Of a stretch of DNA of 64,000 nt, positions 38,465 through 48,216 are shown one piece after another. This DNA is from Candidatus Parachristensenella avicola (GTDB taxonomy: Bacteria > Bacillota > Clostridia > Christensenellales > UMGS416). The notes beneath the pieces were generated by a model that worked only from the letters and a program-made list of their open reading frames with translations, was not told where the DNA came from and ran no database searches. The stretch spans positions 23,442 to 87,441 of the forward strand of contig CAJFUN010000024.1 in the NCBI GenBank assembly GCA_904420205.1, written 5' to 3'. Positions within the stretch are counted from its first letter, which is position 1. Each line of letters opens with the position of its first letter. Position numbers and translations under genes: made by a program.

Positions 38465-39847
38465 ATGCTTGAACTCAACACAGCGCAGCAGGTGCTGGCC
38501 GAGGCGCTGACCACGGGGGGCGATTTTTCCGAAATATTTTGGGAAGATACGCTTCGCTGCGGCTTGGCTTATCTGGGCGGCAGCATGGAGCAGGCTATTT
38601 CGGGGCGGGATCATGGCGCCGGTATCCGCGTGCTGAAGGGCACGCATGCGGTTTACGTCTATACCAACGATACCTCACTGCAAGGGCTGCTGGACGCCGC
38701 GCGCAAGGCTGCCGCAGCGATTGGATCTTCACGGATGCCGGCAGGAGAGATCGTTTTGAACGCGACGCCCATGGGGCATCTGAATCCCATTGCCATTGCC
38801 CCGGATGACGTGAGCGCCCAAAAGAAGGCGGCTTGGATGCGCGAGGCCTATCAGGCGGCTAAGGCGTACAGCCACGAGATCAGCCAGGTCTCCGTGGGGC
38901 TGAATGATAGCTGCCGGCGCATCGTCATTGCAAACAGCGATGGGCTGTACGTGCCCAAAGAACATACCCATGTCCGCATCCGGGTAGGTGCTGTGGCAGA
39001 GAAGAATGGCGAGACGCAGACCGGCATGAACGCTCCCGGCTGGCAGCGGGGCTATGAGGCGCTGGAAGAACTGGATATTGCGGCTATGGCCAAAGCGGCG
39101 GCTAAACAGGCGGTTACAATGCTGCATGCCGACCTCTGCCCGGCTGGCCGGATGCCGGTCGCAATCGAAAATGGCTTCGGCGGCGTACTCTTCCATGAGG
39201 CATGCGGGCATTCGCTGGAGGCTACCGGCGTGTCCAAGGGGCATTCGGAATTCTGCGGGAAGCTGGGGCAGCAGATCGCCAGTCCCATTGTGACGGCCAT
39301 TGACGACGGCACCATCCCCAATGGATGGGGTTCCGGTGATGTGGATGATGAGGGCGCCCCCACCCGGCGTAACGTGCTTATTGAAAAGGGCATCCTCAAG
39401 CAATACTTGGTGGACAAGCTGGGCGGACGCCGTATGGGGATGGAGCCCAACGGATGCAGCCGGCGCCAGAACTATACCTATGCGCCTACCAGCCGCATGA
39501 GCAATACTTTTATCGCCCCCGGCACCGACGATAACGGTGAGATTATCGCCTCCATGGGTGACGGCCTCTATTGCGCTTCCATGGGCGGAGGTTCAGTTAA
39601 CCCCATGACTGGCGACTTTAACTTTGCCGTCAGCGAAGGCTATTTGGTGCGAAACGGCAAGATTGACAAGCCGGTACGGGGAGCGACGCTGATCGGCCGT
39701 GGTTCGCAGATCCTGATGGCCATCGACCGGGTGGGTACGGATATGAAGACAGGGCAGGGCATGTGCGGATCCCTTTCTGGTTCGATCCCGGCGGATGTGG
39801 GTCAGCCGCTGATCCGGATCCGCGAAATCACCGTGGGCGGACGATAG
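38465..39847 (+). CDS. tldD: TldD family metalloprotease
   Basis: AAGGAGG precedes ATG 38465. The HEACGH zinc motif is present. It is paired with a PmbA-family gene. Confidence 0.85.
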   Translation: MLELNTAQQVLAEALTTGGDFSEIFWEDTLRCGLAYLGGSMEQAISGRDHGAGIRVLKGTHAVYVYTNDTSLQGLLDAARKAAAAIGSSRMPAGEIVLNATPMGHLNPIAIAPDDVSAQKKAAWMREAYQAAKAYSHEISQVSVGLNDSCRRIVIANSDGLYVPKEHTHVRIRVGAVAEKNGETQTGMNAPGWQRGYEALEELDIAAMAKAAAKQAVTMLHADLCPAGRMPVAIENGFGGVLFHEACGHSLEATGVSKGHSEFCGKLGQQIASPIVTAIDDGTIPNGWGSGDVDDEGAPTRRNVLIEKGILKQYLVDKLGGRRMGMEPNGCSRRQNYTYAPTSRMSNTFIAPGTDDNGEIIASMGDGLYCASMGGGSVNPMTGDFNFAVSEGYLVRNGKIDKPVRGATLIGRGSQILMAIDRVGTDMKTGQGMCGSLSGSIPADVGQPLIRIREITVGGR

Positions 39848-39856
39848 GAGGATACG

Positions 39857-41239
39857 ATGAAGCTGGATGATTTTTTGAAGCTGCTTTTTGAAAAGGCGAA
39901 GGCGGCTGGGTTGACTGAATTCGACGCCATGTATTGCGAGGGTGAGAATTTCAGAGTCAGCGCTTTTGAAGGCGAGCTGGACGGCTATCATGTTAATGCC
40001 TCCCAAGGGCTTTCTTTCCGGGCGCTGTGTGGGGAAACCATGGGCTACGCCTACACGGAAACCCTGGATGAGGCGGCGGCGGATATGCTGGTGAAAATGG
40101 CCATGGAGAACGCTGCATTGGTGGAACCCAAGGATCCGCAATTCATTTATGAAGGCGCCGAGACCTATCCAGCGGCCAACGGCATGAACCCCGGACTGGA
40201 AGCGGTTTCCGTGCAGGAAAAGATCGATGCGGTGCTAAAGCTTGAGCAGGCGGTTAAAGCTGCGGATCCCCGGGTGAAAACCGTGATGCAGTGCGTCCTG
40301 GCCTCCGGGTCGGGCTATGTGCGGCTGGTCAATTCCAAGGGGGTGGATTGCGACTACCGGGATAACCTCATGTACAGCTATACGGCCGCGGCGGTGGAAG
40401 ACGGCGAACGCAGCGTGGATGGTTTTGACATCGCCTGCACCCGGGATCCCGACGGCCTTGACATCGAGCGATTAGCGCGCAGCGCAGTAGACAAGGCGCT
40501 GGCTCGATGCGGGGCGCGCGCAGTGGCTTCCGGACAGTACCCGGTTATTCTGGAGCACGGAGCGGCCGCCGACCTACTGGAGTGCTTCTGCGGCATGTTT
40601 TGCGCTGATAACGCTCAGAAGGGATATTCTCGCCTGGCCGGCCGCGAGGGCGAAGTAATTGCCTCCGGGCAGGTTACGCTGATGGACGATCCGATGCTGA
40701 CTTGCCTATCAGATGAGGCGGCTAAGGCGGCCCGGGGCTTCGCGGGGCAGCCTTTTGATGGAGAAGGCGTACCGTCCCGCGCCAAGGCTGTGATTGAAAA
40801 AGGCCGGCTGATCACGCTGCTGCACAACCTGACGACAGCCGCCAAAGCCGGAACTGAGTCCACAGGAAATGCCAGCCGCGGCAGCTATAAATCCACGGTG
40901 GGCGTGGCGCCGACCAACCTTTATATTCTGCCCGGAGCCGATTCACTGGAGGATATGATGCAGAAGATGGGCGACGGGCTTGTCATCGACGACCTTTCCG
41001 GCCTCCATGCGGGAGCAAACGGCGTATCCGGGGATTTTTCCCTGCTGGCTCAGGGCTATCGGGTGAAGGATGGCAAGCGGGCCGGGGCGGTGGAGCAGAT
41101 CACCGTGGCCGGGAATTTCTATGAGCTTTTGAATCGGGTCGTATCGGTAGGCAGCGATCTCACCTTTGGGCTGCCGGGCTCCAGCTGCGTGGGCGCGCCC
41201 AGCCTCTGGATCGAATCGCTGGATATTGCCGGCGAATAA
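39857..41239 (+). CDS. pmbA: TldE/PmbA family metalloprotease partner
   Basis: A PmbA_TldD family C-terminus (GDFS...G.....G) is present. It lies directly downstream of tldD. Confidence 0.8.
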   Translation: MKLDDFLKLLFEKAKAAGLTEFDAMYCEGENFRVSAFEGELDGYHVNASQGLSFRALCGETMGYAYTETLDEAAADMLVKMAMENAALVEPKDPQFIYEGAETYPAANGMNPGLEAVSVQEKIDAVLKLEQAVKAADPRVKTVMQCVLASGSGYVRLVNSKGVDCDYRDNLMYSYTAAAVEDGERSVDGFDIACTRDPDGLDIERLARSAVDKALARCGARAVASGQYPVILEHGAAADLLECFCGMFCADNAQKGYSRLAGREGEVIASGQVTLMDDPMLTCLSDEAAKAARGFAGQPFDGEGVPSRAKAVIEKGRLITLLHNLTTAAKAGTESTGNASRGSYKSTVGVAPTNLYILPGADSLEDMMQKMGDGLVIDDLSGLHAGANGVSGDFSLLAQGYRVKDGKRAGAVEQITVAGNFYELLNRVVSVGSDLTFGLPGSSCVGAPSLWIESLDIAGE

Positions 41240-41256
41240 CGATATATTCGAGCTTT

Positions 41257-41284
41257 ACGGCCGCATGCAGCGGCCGTTTTTTTG
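41257..41284 (+). terminator. intrinsic terminator after pmbA
   Basis: ACGGCCGC (41257-41264) pairs with GCGGCCGT (41270-41277), followed by TTTTTTT. Confidence 0.85.
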
Positions 41285-41395
41285 CATGGCGAAGGCAAAA
41301 AGGATATAAATGAAGGATGGCTTGCAAGGATGCAAATTATTCTTGCAAAATTGCTGTCGCATGGTACAATACTAGGCGTATGGAAGGAGGTACTT

Positions 41396-42262
41396 ATGGA
41401 ACAAACGACGGATCTTTTGCAGCTGATTGAGGAAAAGAGTGCCCGAATGAGCAAAGGGCACAGGGCAATCAGCCGTTTTATCCTGCAGGAATATGATAAA
41501 GCCGCCTTCATGACAGCATTAAAAATCGGCGAACGGGTAGGCGTCAGCGAATCCACGGTGGTGCGTTTTGCCATGTCTTTGGGCTTTTCCGGCTACCCAG
41601 AGCTGCAAAAGGCGCTGCAGGAGCTGGTGCGCAACAAGCTGACGACCTTGCAGCGTATGGAAATGACTTCGGATCAGAGCTATTCCATGGTGCTCCGTGG
41701 TGTCATGAAGGCCGATATCAATAACCTAAAAAGCACCATGGAGAACCTGTCTGCCGATACGTTCGAGGCCATGGTGGAGGCCATGTATTCGGCCAAACGA
41801 GTCTATATCATGGGCCTGCGCAGCTCCGCGCCGCTCGCCCAGTTTATGGGCTATTATCTTAGCTTTATCTTGGACAACGTCTATGTGGTCACCTCTGGGA
41901 TCAACGATATCCTGGAGCAGATCTTCCATATTGAGCAGGGGGACATGCTGCTGGGCATCAGTTTCCCGCGGTATTCACGCCGGACGGTGGACGGCATGCG
42001 CTACGCCCGGGAGCGTGGGGCTACGGTAGCTGCGGTGACCGATTCGGCTACCTCGCCGCTGGCATCACTAGCCGAGCATACGCTGATGGTAAAGAGTGAT
42101 ATCGCCTCCTTTGTGGATTCACTGGTCGCACCCTTTTCGGTGATGAATGCGTTGATCGTGGCCATCGCCATGAAAAAGCGTACGGCTGTGGCCGATCATT
42201 TCAAGACGCTGGAGGATATCTGGGGCCAGTATCATGTCTATCTGGAAAAGGAGAACGGATAA
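41396..42262 (+). CDS. MurR/RpiR family transcriptional regulator (HTH + SIS domain)
   Basis: GGAAGGAGG precedes ATG 41396. A promoter lies upstream: TTGCAA 41343-41348, a 16-nt spacer, then TGgTACAAT ending at 41370. The HTH_6 element (AISRFIL...IGERVGVSESTVVRF) and a SIS domain are present. Confidence 0.85.
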   Translation: MEQTTDLLQLIEEKSARMSKGHRAISRFILQEYDKAAFMTALKIGERVGVSESTVVRFAMSLGFSGYPELQKALQELVRNKLTTLQRMEMTSDQSYSMVLRGVMKADINNLKSTMENLSADTFEAMVEAMYSAKRVYIMGLRSSAPLAQFMGYYLSFILDNVYVVTSGINDILEQIFHIEQGDMLLGISFPRYSRRTVDGMRYARERGATVAAVTDSATSPLASLAEHTLMVKSDIASFVDSLVAPFSVMNALIVAIAMKKRTAVADHFKTLEDIWGQYHVYLEKENG

Positions 42263-42263
42263 A

Positions 42264-43517
42264 TTGACCAAGGCGCTCATCGTGGGAGGCGGCCCCGCGG
42301 GCATGGTTGCCGCCATTGCCGCCGCAGAGGAGGGTGCTTCGGTAACGCTGCTGGAGCGCAATGAAAAGCTGGGTAAAAAGCTGTATATTACTGGAAAAGG
42401 CCGGTGCAACATCACAAACGACTGCGATCGGGAAACCTTTTTTGCGTCGATCCCCCGTAACCCGCGGTTCCTTTTCAGCGCATACAGCCGCTTTACGCCC
42501 CAGGATCTGATGAATGCCATGCAGCGGTTGGGGGTGCCGATGACGGTGGAGCGGGGAAACCGGGTGTTCCCTGCCTCGCAGAAAGCCAGTGACGTTACCC
42601 GTGCGCTAGCGCAGCGCATGCAGCAGCTGGGCGTGGAGGTGCGGCTGAATACGCGGGTAAGCAGCCTTGACCTTCGCGAGGGCCGGGTCTGCGGTGTGAT
42701 GGATGAGGCGGGGACGCTGTATCCGGCCGACTGCGTAGTAATCGCTACCGGGGGCCTGGCCTATCCGCTGACCGGCTCCACCGGGGACGGATACGAGCTG
42801 GCGCGCCAGGCAGGGCACCGGATCACGCCCACCTACCCCTCCCTGATTTCTCTGGAAGCCTACGACCCTTGGATCCCAAGCTTGCAGGGATTGTCGCTGA
42901 AAAATGTGAAGCTTACCGCGCGCTTGGGAAAAAAGACGCTATATAGCGGGCTGGGAGAGATGATGTTCACCCATTACGGGATAACCGGCCCCTTGGTGCT
43001 GACGCTTTCGGCGTTGCTGCCGGAAGAAGGAATAAGAGACGTGGCGGTCCGGTTGGATCTAAAGCCGGGGCTGACCGAGGATCAGCTGAAGCGGAGGATC
43101 CAGCGGGAATTTGATGCCCATGCCGGCCGGCAGCTGGCCGGCGCGCTGGCTGAGCTTTTGCCGCGCAGGCTTTTGGAGGCGGTGCTTTCAGCAGCGGGCC
43201 TTTCTCCGGAGTTATCCATCCATCACCTTTCGCGCCAGCAGCGCGAATCGCTGCTGGCTTCGCTTAAGGCGCTGCCCATCCGGCTGAAGGCCCGAAGGGG
43301 GTTCGATGAAGCGGTCATTACCCGGGGCGGCGTGGATGTTCGGGAGGTGGATCCCAAAACCATGCAGTCCAGAAAGGCGGAAGGCCTTTACTTTGCCGGA
43401 GAGGTGCTGGACGTGGACGGTTTCACCGGCGGCTTTAATCTGCAGATCGCTTTTTCTACCGGCCATTCGGCGGGAAAGGCGCTGAAGCCTTGTGCAAATG
43501 ACCCTGCGCCGGTATAA
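42264..43517 (+). CDS. NAD(P)/FAD-dependent oxidoreductase, BaiN/HI0933 family
   Basis: ALIVGGGPAGM and GKGRCN.TN are present. I prefer the TTG 42264 start (AAGGAG 10 nt upstream) over ATG 42234, which has no SD. The start is uncertain. Confidence 0.8.
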   Translation: MTKALIVGGGPAGMVAAIAAAEEGASVTLLERNEKLGKKLYITGKGRCNITNDCDRETFFASIPRNPRFLFSAYSRFTPQDLMNAMQRLGVPMTVERGNRVFPASQKASDVTRALAQRMQQLGVEVRLNTRVSSLDLREGRVCGVMDEAGTLYPADCVVIATGGLAYPLTGSTGDGYELARQAGHRITPTYPSLISLEAYDPWIPSLQGLSLKNVKLTARLGKKTLYSGLGEMMFTHYGITGPLVLTLSALLPEEGIRDVAVRLDLKPGLTEDQLKRRIQREFDAHAGRQLAGALAELLPRRLLEAVLSAAGLSPELSIHHLSRQQRESLLASLKALPIRLKARRGFDEAVITRGGVDVREVDPKTMQSRKAEGLYFAGEVLDVDGFTGGFNLQIAFSTGHSAGKALKPCANDPAPV

Positions 43518-43568
43518 TAGCAGTATGAGCATATAAGGCCCGAATTGAGGAATAGATGAGGACGTAGG

Positions 43569-43985
43569 ATGGATCAGAAATTTGGCAGCAAAGAAGTCTG
43601 CCGTTTTGCCATAACCATGAGCTTGACGGAGGATCGGCAGCAGGAACGCACATTGCAGGAAAGGTTGCACGAGATGGATGTGCGCGCGGCCGCAGTGGAT
43701 TATGGCGGTGAATTTTTATCCTCGGTAATGAAAATTGTAGAGCGCTCCGTAGTAGCCGCTAAGCGGGAAGGGATCATCGGTCCCACCCATCAGGAGGAGG
43801 GCGCCGTAGCAGGCGCAACCCGGGAGGCAATTTCCCAGATATCCAGCAAGGCCATCGGGCTGAACGTGGGAGGCAAAATCGGAATCGCTCGCTACGGGGA
43901 CCACGTGGCGGTTTCCATCTTCTTTGGCATCGGCCTGCTGCATCTCAATGAGATTGCTACGGGACTGGGGCACCGGGTGATCTAG
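43569..43985 (+). CDS. HutP family protein (RNA-binding antiterminator fold; target unknown here)
   Basis: The C-terminal half (HVAVSIFFGIGLLHLNEIATGLGHRVI) resembles the B. subtilis HutP C-terminus (..IAVSLYGTIG...GVGINHI) as I remember it. No hut genes are adjacent. Confidence 0.55.
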   Translation: MDQKFGSKEVCRFAITMSLTEDRQQERTLQERLHEMDVRAAAVDYGGEFLSSVMKIVERSVVAAKREGIIGPTHQEEGAVAGATREAISQISSKAIGLNVGGKIGIARYGDHVAVSIFFGIGLLHLNEIATGLGHRVI

Positions 43986-44006
43986 AAATGGGAGCGTAGG
44001 AGACAT

Positions 44007-45317
44007 ATGGCGAATAAAATCATACAAATTGCAATAGACGGCCCGGCCGGCGCGGGCAAAAGCACGGTAGCGCGGGCTGTGGCCGGGCAGCTTCACATTC
44101 TGTATCTGGATACAGGCGCGATGTACAGGGCCATCGGCCTAAAGGCGCTGAAACAGGGCCTATCCCCCCAGGATGAAGCGGCGGTTTCCTCCATGGTGGC
44201 GCACACCTCCGTTAAGATCACCTATGGCGAAGGCGAACAGCGCATCCTGCTGGATGGGGAAGATGTTACCGACTTGATTCGGACCAACGAGGTATCGGCA
44301 GCCGCCTCAGCGGTCAGCCAGTGGCGGGCGGTACGCCTGAAGATGGTGGAACTACAGCGGGAGATTGCCCGGTCGCAGTCCACGGTGCTGGATGGACGCG
44401 ATATTGGTACCTTTGTGTTGCCGGATGCTCCGTACAAATTCTACCTGACGGCGACGGTGGCGGAGCGCGCCAAGCGCCGGTTTTTGGAGCAGCAGGCAAA
44501 GGGGGATGATCGGCCGCTGGAGGAATATGAAGCGCAGATCACCGCCAGGGACAAGCAGGATATGGAGCGAGAATTTGCCCCGCTGCGCCGGGCGGAGGAT
44601 GCGGTATATGTAGACTCCACCGGTATGAAGCCCCAGGAGGTGGTAAAGCGGATCGTCAATGTGGTGAACAATGACGAGCTGCGCCGGGGTTATACGTTCT
44701 GGATGCGGGCGTTTTACCAGTTGGCCAAGGCTGTTGTTACGGCTATGATCCACATTGCTACGCCTTATCGAGTGGTAGGGGGGGATCTACGGGGGCTAAA
44801 GGGCCCTTGGCTTGTGTGCATCAACCATGTAGCCCAATGGGACGCACTGGTGACTGCCGAGATGTTCCTTCCCCGCAAAACCTCCTTTATGGCGAAGAGC
44901 TCGCTTTTTCATCACAAGGCGATGAACTGGATTATTACCGCGCTGGGCGCTATTCCAGTGCGCCGGGGCGAGGCGGATACCTCGGCCATAAAAAAAGCCC
45001 TGAACGCCCTGGAAGAAGGAAGGGTTTTTGCCCTTTTCCCGGAAGGCACGCGTAACCTGAAGCAGGATGGCAGCATCGGCCAGCTGCATACCGGCGCGGG
45101 CCTGATCGCCATGAAAGCCAAGGTTCCCGTGCTGCCAATTTATATCCACCATGGTGGGAAGTACCGCTTCCTTCATCCCTTCACCATCTATATGGGGCAG
45201 CCGGTGGAGCTGTCCGATCTGATGGGCAAGCGGATTAATAACTCTCTGCTGGAGGAAGTGATGGACCGCATCTATCAGGAGATGATGCGTTTGAAAAAAA
45301 TAGCTGAAAAAAGTTAA
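44007..45317 (+). CDS. cmk: fusion protein: cytidylate kinase + 1-acyl-sn-glycerol-3-phosphate acyltransferase domain
   Basis: The N-terminal half has the Cmk P-loop [13 protein letters not shown] and GRDIGT. The C-terminal half has the LPLAT HX4D motif NHVAQWD (44826-44843) and FPEGTR. It is one uninterrupted 436-codon frame. Confidence 0.8.
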   Translation: MANKIIQIAIDGPAGAGKSTVARAVAGQLHILYLDTGAMYRAIGLKALKQGLSPQDEAAVSSMVAHTSVKITYGEGEQRILLDGEDVTDLIRTNEVSAAASAVSQWRAVRLKMVELQREIARSQSTVLDGRDIGTFVLPDAPYKFYLTATVAERAKRRFLEQQAKGDDRPLEEYEAQITARDKQDMEREFAPLRRAEDAVYVDSTGMKPQEVVKRIVNVVNNDELRRGYTFWMRAFYQLAKAVVTAMIHIATPYRVVGGDLRGLKGPWLVCINHVAQWDALVTAEMFLPRKTSFMAKSSLFHHKAMNWIITALGAIPVRRGEADTSAIKKALNALEEGRVFALFPEGTRNLKQDGSIGQLHTGAGLIAMKAKVPVLPIYIHHGGKYRFLHPFTIYMGQPVELSDLMGKRINNSLLEEVMDRIYQEMMRLKKIAEKS

Positions 45318-45391
45318 AAATTTTTTCCGGATCAGCAGGAAAATACCCTATCCATGCAGAAATAATAGGGATAGGTGAAAGGAAAAGACAT

Positions 45392-47527
45392 TTGATTTTA
45401 CAGTTGGCTCAAAAGGGTGGTTTTTGCTTTGGCGTACGGCGAGCGCTAGATGCCGCGCAGCAGGAAGCGGGACGTAACCCCAAAGGGCTTTTCACCTTCG
45501 GCCCCATCATCCATAACCCGCAGGTGGTGGAGCGGCTGCAAAGCCAGGGGGTCATGGTTTGCGAAGATCCGGAGGCAATACCTTCGGGAGCAACGGTGGT
45601 TATCCGTTCCCATGGGATCGGCCCTACCTTTTATGAACGCTTTGCCAGGCAGAAGTTGCATGTGGTAGATGCCACCTGCCCCTTTGTCCGGCGCATCCAG
45701 CTGAAGGCGCAGGCTTGTGCGGACGCCGGCGTGCCGGTGGTAATCGTCGGTGAGGCGAAGCATCCTGAGGTGGTTGGCATCGTCGGCTGGAGCAAGGGCC
45801 AAGCCTATGTTATCCACAGCCTAGAGGATGTGGAGCGCATGCCGCAGCTGGAGCGCGCTTGCTTAATGGCGCAGACTACCACGTCGCTTTCTCTGTGGGA
45901 AACGCTGAAAGCTGCCGTTGAAGCGCGCATTCCGCGGATAGAGATATTCCATTCCATCTGTCACGCTACCCAGCAGAGGCAGACGGAGGCAGACCAAATG
46001 GCCAGAGCTTGCGATACGATGATCGTCATCGGCGGGCGGAATAGCTCCAATACCGCTAAGCTGGCCCAGATATGCAGACAGCATTGCTCGCGGGTGCTGC
46101 AGGTGCAGACAGCTCGAGAGCTTCCCGAAGCTGAATATTTTTACAATTCGGAAAAAGTTGGCATCGTGTCCGGTGCTTCCACGCCGGATTGGATAATTAA
46201 GGAGGTTTTTATAACCATGAGCGAAATCGACAAGAAGGATCTCAACCAGGACCAGGCCGAAGCGGTGGTGGCCACCGAGGCGGTCGAAGCGAACCAGGCT
46301 TCTCAAAGCGCCGCGCCTATTGAGGAGGAAAAAGCAGCCACGATCCCCAGCGCCGGCAATGAGAACGGCGAGGTCAACTTTGCCGAGGACTTTGAGAAGA
46401 TGATGGTGACCATTCGTCCCGGTCAGGTGATCACGGGCAAGGTCGTGTCCGTCAATGAGAACGAAGTTTGCGTGAACATCGGTTATAAGTCCGATGGCTT
46501 CATTTCCCGCAGCGAGTTCTCCGCCAATGAAGATGTAAACCCCGCTGACGTAGTCAAAGAGGGCGACGACATCGAAGTGGAAGTCTTGAAGGTTAATGAT
46601 GGTGAAGGAAACGTCCTGCTGTCCAAAAAGAACGTGGACTCCCGCAAGCATTGGAAAGAAGTGATGGACCAGTTCGCTGAGGGCGGTCATATCACCGCTG
46701 TGGGCAAGCAGGCGGTTAAGGGCGGCTTAATTGCCAACGCCAATGGCATCCGCGCCTTCATTCCCGCCTCCCAGCTGGATACCAAGTATGTGGAGGACAT
46801 CGAAGCTTACGTGGGCAAGACCATGGAGCTGAAGATCATGGAAGTGGAGAAACACCGCAAGCGTTTTGTCGCCAGCCGTAAAGCCGTGCTGCTGGAGGAG
46901 GAAGAGCGCATCCGCAACGAGAAGTGGGACCAGCTTCACGAAGGCGATAAGGTGACGGGTATTGTCCGCCGCCTGACTGACTTCGGCGCCTTTGTCGATA
47001 TCGGTGGTATCGATGGCTTGGTGCATGTGACCAACCTGGCTTGGGGCCGCGTGCAGCATCCCAAGGATGTGGTTTCTATCGGCCAGACGCTGGATTGCGT
47101 CATCCTGAAGGTGGACAAGGAGAATCAGCGCGTGTCCTTGGGCCATAAGCAGCTGATCCCCAAGCCCTGGGATGTGGCGAGCCAGAAGTATATTCCCGGC
47201 ACGGTTGTCACCGGCAAGGTCGTGCGCATTGTGAGCTTCGGCGCCTTTGTGGAGCTGGAGCCCGGACTGGACGGCCTGGTGCACATTTCTCAGATTGCGG
47301 ATAAGCGCATCGATAAGGTGGAGAATGTGCTGCAGCCCGGTCAGGTGGTCAACGTGAAGATTCTTGACGTCAATCCCGCCGAGCATCGCATTAGCCTCAG
47401 CATTCGTGACGCCCAAACCGAAAAGAGCGAAAACGACTACTCCCTGGATGATTATGATAACGCCGACTATGATGAAGACGATAACGGCGATATCTTCGAG
47501 GGCGTAGACGATGACCTGAACGTCTAA
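45392..47527 (+). CDS. ispH: fusion protein: 4-hydroxy-3-methylbut-2-enyl diphosphate reductase (IspH) + ribosomal protein S1 repeats
   Basis: A TTG start. The N-terminus is IspH-like ([10 protein letters not shown]...SHG...ATCP...). It is followed by a linker and four S1 OB-fold repeats (G..V.G.V......G.....G..G..H.S). The C-terminal tail is acidic. Confidence 0.85.
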   Translation: MILQLAQKGGFCFGVRRALDAAQQEAGRNPKGLFTFGPIIHNPQVVERLQSQGVMVCEDPEAIPSGATVVIRSHGIGPTFYERFARQKLHVVDATCPFVRRIQLKAQACADAGVPVVIVGEAKHPEVVGIVGWSKGQAYVIHSLEDVERMPQLERACLMAQTTTSLSLWETLKAAVEARIPRIEIFHSICHATQQRQTEADQMARACDTMIVIGGRNSSNTAKLAQICRQHCSRVLQVQTARELPEAEYFYNSEKVGIVSGASTPDWIIKEVFITMSEIDKKDLNQDQAEAVVATEAVEANQASQSAAPIEEEKAATIPSAGNENGEVNFAEDFEKMMVTIRPGQVITGKVVSVNENEVCVNIGYKSDGFISRSEFSANEDVNPADVVKEGDDIEVEVLKVNDGEGNVLLSKKNVDSRKHWKEVMDQFAEGGHITAVGKQAVKGGLIANANGIRAFIPASQLDTKYVEDIEAYVGKTMELKIMEVEKHRKRFVASRKAVLLEEEERIRNEKWDQLHEGDKVTGIVRRLTDFGAFVDIGGIDGLVHVTNLAWGRVQHPKDVVSIGQTLDCVILKVDKENQRVSLGHKQLIPKPWDVASQKYIPGTVVTGKVVRIVSFGAFVELEPGLDGLVHISQIADKRIDKVENVLQPGQVVNVKILDVNPAEHRISLSIRDAQTEKSENDYSLDDYDNADYDEDDNGDIFEGVDDDLNV

Positions 47528-47540
47528 ATAAGTAGCTAAG

Positions 47541-47572
47541 GGGACACTTCATGCAAAGAAGTGTCCCTTTTT
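47541..47572 (+). terminator. intrinsic terminator after ispH-rpsA
   Basis: A 10-bp stem pairs GGGACACTTC (47541-47550) with GAAGTGTCCC (47558-47567), followed by TTTTT. Confidence 0.85.
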
Positions 47573-47584
47573 CGTATTCAGAAA

Positions 47585-47605
47585 ACCACTCGCTAAGCGA
47601 GTGGT
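47585..47605 (-). terminator. hairpin, possible terminator of an unidentified minus-strand transcript
   Basis: A 9-bp stem pairs ACCACTCGC with GCGAGTGGT around a 3-nt loop. On the minus strand it is followed by TTTCTG, a weak U-tract. Confidence 0.35.
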
Positions 47606-48121
47606 ATAAAGAAGCCTAAGGCGAAGAGGAAAAGAAAGACATCCCTGGCATAATAAAGGTGCGGTCTGCCAACTGCACAAACAAGATAGCAGGGAGGGAC
47701 ATTCCGCAGAAGGCGCCTTTCAGGGTTAAGCAGGCCAGGGCAGCGCTCAAAAGGCCGGATCTCTGCAGCGTAAGCCAGCGGACTTTGGCTGGCCCATGGC
47801 CGGGTGTGGGCAAGTCCTGTATGACCCGCAGCGCCGGTATCGGAAACAACATCACCCATACTGAAGGAGGAAGCAGGTCAAGTGCGTCTCTTCTGTCCTG
47901 GTGGCGAATTTGTGGGCGCCAAACGTGAAAGCGCGACCGGCAATATAGCTGAAAATGCATTCGCTTGACTGCAAATACTTTAACAAAGTATATGCTATTC
48001 AACCTGCTCCGATAGCCTGCACGTAGATTGGACCGCCCGATAAAGATGGGTCAATGTAGCGGTTTGCCATTAATTCAATCGTAACCAATGGGACCCGTGC
48101 AGGTATTCCTGAATAGGAAAA

Positions 48122-48171
48122 GGGCCTTCCTCTATGGCGTCGATTGACTCAATGCTTAAAGAGGAAGTCCC
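48122..48171 (-). terminator. probable terminator of the symporter gene
   Basis: A 12-bp stem with one mismatch pairs GGGCCTTCCTCT (48122-48133) with AGAGGAAGTCCC (48160-48171). The loop is long (26 nt). On the minus strand the hairpin is followed by TTTTCCTATT. Confidence 0.5.
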
Positions 48172-48216
48172 TTTACTGGGCAATTTTTAATTCCAAAGAA
48201 GGCCTGTAGTGGATGG

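Noticed and set aside
45330-45391. An inverted repeat CCTATCC ... GGATAGG upstream of ispH-rpsA, considered as a regulatory hairpin or terminator.
   Set aside because: The stem is only 7 bp, the loop is long, and no U-tract follows. It is more likely incidental.
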